Part shown: positions 27,401 through 28,438 of the stretch, in pieces | Layout: each line of letters starts with the position of its first letter | Position numbering within the stretch: position 1 is the stretch's first letter | Assembly: GCA_044869275.1 (NCBI GenBank) | Contig: JBIOXB010000055.1 | Location: 1-28,438 of the forward strand | Source of the DNA: a bacterium | Lineage (GTDB): Bacteria > Zhuqueibacterota > Zhuqueibacteria > Zhuqueibacterales > Zhuqueibacteraceae | Direction: 5' to 3' | DNA: 28,438 bases | Program-made: the position numbers and the translations under genes | Notes under the pieces: generated by a model | The model's input: only the letters and a program-made list of their open reading frames with translations | What the model was told of the DNA's origin: nothing | Database searches by the model: none

Positions 27401-27571
27401 CAGGTTCAAATCACCCTGGCCGATGATGGCAAGGGATGCCATCATCACATGAATGGCAATGGGCACGGCCTCAAGAGCATGCGCGAGCGCGCGGAGAAGT
27501 TGCGCGGCATCGTGCGCATCATTTCGCAGCCTGGTGCAGGAATGCAAATTCAATTGATCACGAATGTGTAG
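24455..27571 (+). CDS. Sensor histidine kinase with periplasmic Reg_prop beta-propellers, Y_Y_Y domain, TM helix, HisKA_3 and HATPase
   Basis: Repeated EDxxGxLWIGTxGGGL blades; QYAYRLEG..PGNYIFRVKGSNNDGVW; ITPPFWRT plus TM; ANDFHDELGH; KEGLTNILKHA; DDGKG; GHGLKSMRERA. GTG 24455 overlaps the upstream TGA (alternative ATG 24467). Confidence 0.93.
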   Translation: MRAKMFGPLALIFPLFCARLSAQEPPYRIEHVSIEQGVPHNYIQCMLQDRNGFMWFGTLLGLVRFDGYTYKTYRHDPRDPFSLSNDDIAALYEDADQNLWIGTYQGGLNKFDPRQGKFTRYLHNPADSAGISHGAVWSICADRYGMLWIGTEGGGLCKFDEKTQRFMCYQNDPQDAHSLSSNYVAEIYEDQAGTLWIGTLGGGLCRLDREHNRFIAYHHDPANSKSLSSDRVRAIYEDQNGSLWIGTGGGGLDKFMRPGEEFEHCRHDPANPQSLSGNNVTHIFEDRKGVLWIGTARGLNRFDRERGEFTRFFDSSAAGQGANFITAICQDNAGTLWIGTNHDGLKKIHEGGCKFGRYAQHQGEAAGLSHRVVFGIHEDRRERLWIGTVAGLDLLDEERNQFTHYLPEFDPDNPMSGRTVLAIAEGHSGELWLGTTRGLQRFEPGTGRFQAYITNSSDTTSLSHNTVTALCWDRFGALWVGTRWGLNRFDPKTKNFTRYYHRYSDPHSLSENYVAALYEDRSGTLWVGTYGGLNYLDRERRLFVRFKHDISDANSLSHDYCFTIHEDRRGALWIGTGGGLNLHDRKTGGFTHYTEKHGLPNSVICGILEDDHGRLWLSTQKGLSRFDPETGSFANFDLSDGLMSNLFTLGSYHKRRNGTLVFGVFYGVNYFHPDSLKSNPSVPPVAITAFTKIDQGKEVSRDAVALQELELSYRENFFTLEFAALNFIQPEKNQYAYRLEGLEPDWIQAGHRRHASYTDINPGNYIFRVKGSNNDGVWNEQGAAIKIRITPPFWRTSWFAILCAGATILLIAVVHRLAVRAKINQLLAIERARRLESEQVRKRAANDFHDELGHRLARIALFGEIVKRKWKGQAEEAAAYLDKIIDDSQRLSHDTRDFIWALDPNKDSLFEAMHYLREFAEELFDRTAISFHVEGLTEELDLIKLSAEAKRHLTLLFKEGLTNILKHAECRSAALKVEVVGGQVQITLADDGKGCHHHMNGNGHGLKSMRERAEKLRGIVRIISQPGAGMQIQLITNV

Positions 27572-27611
27572 CAAAACTTCGCGATGGGACAAGTTCTATT
27601 CGTGAGCGATA

Positions 27612-28253
27612 ATGCTTATCATGATCAAGCAAAGCCCTATAGCTGTCGCCCTGGTTGAAGACGACGAGGGTCTGCGCGAGGGCCTGGCTACCCTCCTCAA
27701 TGAAACCGAAGGCTTCTGTTGCGTGGGCGCATACGCCGATTGCGAAGCGGCTTTAGCCGGCATTCGGCAAGAGCCGCCCGACGTGGTATTAATGGATATT
27801 CAATTGCCGGGCATGTCGGGCATCGCAGGCGTGCTGCGCCTCAAACAAGTCCTGCCCGCAGTCGATGTAATCATGCTGACCATTCACAAAGACGACGAAT
27901 TGGTTTTTCAGTCCCTCTGCGCCGGCGCCACCGGTTACCTGATCAAAACCACCAAACCCGCAAGCATCTTGGAAGCGATACGCGAAGTGTGCCAAGGCGG
28001 CGCGCCGATGAGCTCGAATATCGCGCGCATGATCGTGAATTCGTTCCGGCGCACAACCCAATCGCCGCTGTCGCCGCGCGAGAAAGAGGTGCTGGTAGAG
28101 TTGTGCAAGGGCCACAGCTACAAAATGATTGCCGATGCCCTCTTCGTCAGCGAACAGACGGTCAACTTTCACATCAAGAACATTTATCACAAGCTGCAAG
28201 TTCATTCCAAATCCGAAGCCGTGGTGAAGGCTTTAAAAGAGAAGCTGGTTTGA
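27612..28253 (+). CDS. NarL/LuxR-family DNA-binding response regulator
   Basis: LVEDD, DVVLMDIQLPGMSGI, GATGYLIK receiver domain; LSPREKEVL..SYKMIADALFVSEQTVNFHIKNIYHKLQV HTH. Start may be 27621. Confidence 0.95.
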   Translation: MLIMIKQSPIAVALVEDDEGLREGLATLLNETEGFCCVGAYADCEAALAGIRQEPPDVVLMDIQLPGMSGIAGVLRLKQVLPAVDVIMLTIHKDDELVFQSLCAGATGYLIKTTKPASILEAIREVCQGGAPMSSNIARMIVNSFRRTTQSPLSPREKEVLVELCKGHSYKMIADALFVSEQTVNFHIKNIYHKLQVHSKSEAVVKALKEKLV

Positions 28254-28438
28254 TTTTCCTTAATTATCCTGCCCAGTTTTTAGTCCCACCAGGTTCGGCT
28301 TGATCTAAAACCACTAGTACTCTGTCACCTTAATTTTCGTACCCCTTCATAAACTGTCATTCGGTACAGAAGCGCGATTGAACGATCATGGGTGAGCGCT
28401 GTCTATTTCCTTGACCTCTTGCGAGCAGCCCACATAAT

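Overview
Bacterial genomic window of moderately high GC in which every credible gene lies on the + strand. The gene order rplM-rpsI-rpsB-tsf-pyrH-frr and a T9SS-type C-terminal sorting tail suggest an FCB-group organism, possibly KSB1-like (inference). Bases 1-8.6 kb are core genome: an outer-membrane beta-barrel-like protein, an RsbW-like anti-sigma kinase, selA, then the translation cluster with two clear sigma70 promoters, an S2 (rpsB) leader RNA carrying a ~90-nt insertion, a short-type EF-Ts, pterin dehydratase and an intrinsic terminator. Bases 8.6-28.4 kb are an accessory stretch of mostly secreted or periplasmic proteins: GH127, M28 peptidase, SRPBCC, Leu/Phe/Val dehydrogenase, two PQQ-like beta-propellers, SnoaL/DUF4440 proteins, and a beta-propeller sensor kinase with a NarL-type regulator. 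This stretch holds about six gene remnants and several families of short palindromic repeats. The most notable non-coding observation is a two-copy REPIN-like element whose two arms show compensatory base changes. One copy is nested inside a 143-bp MITE (18-bp TIRs, CTAA target duplication) and the other supplies the start codon of a downstream gene. No tRNA, rRNA, CRISPR array, transposase or integrase was seen.
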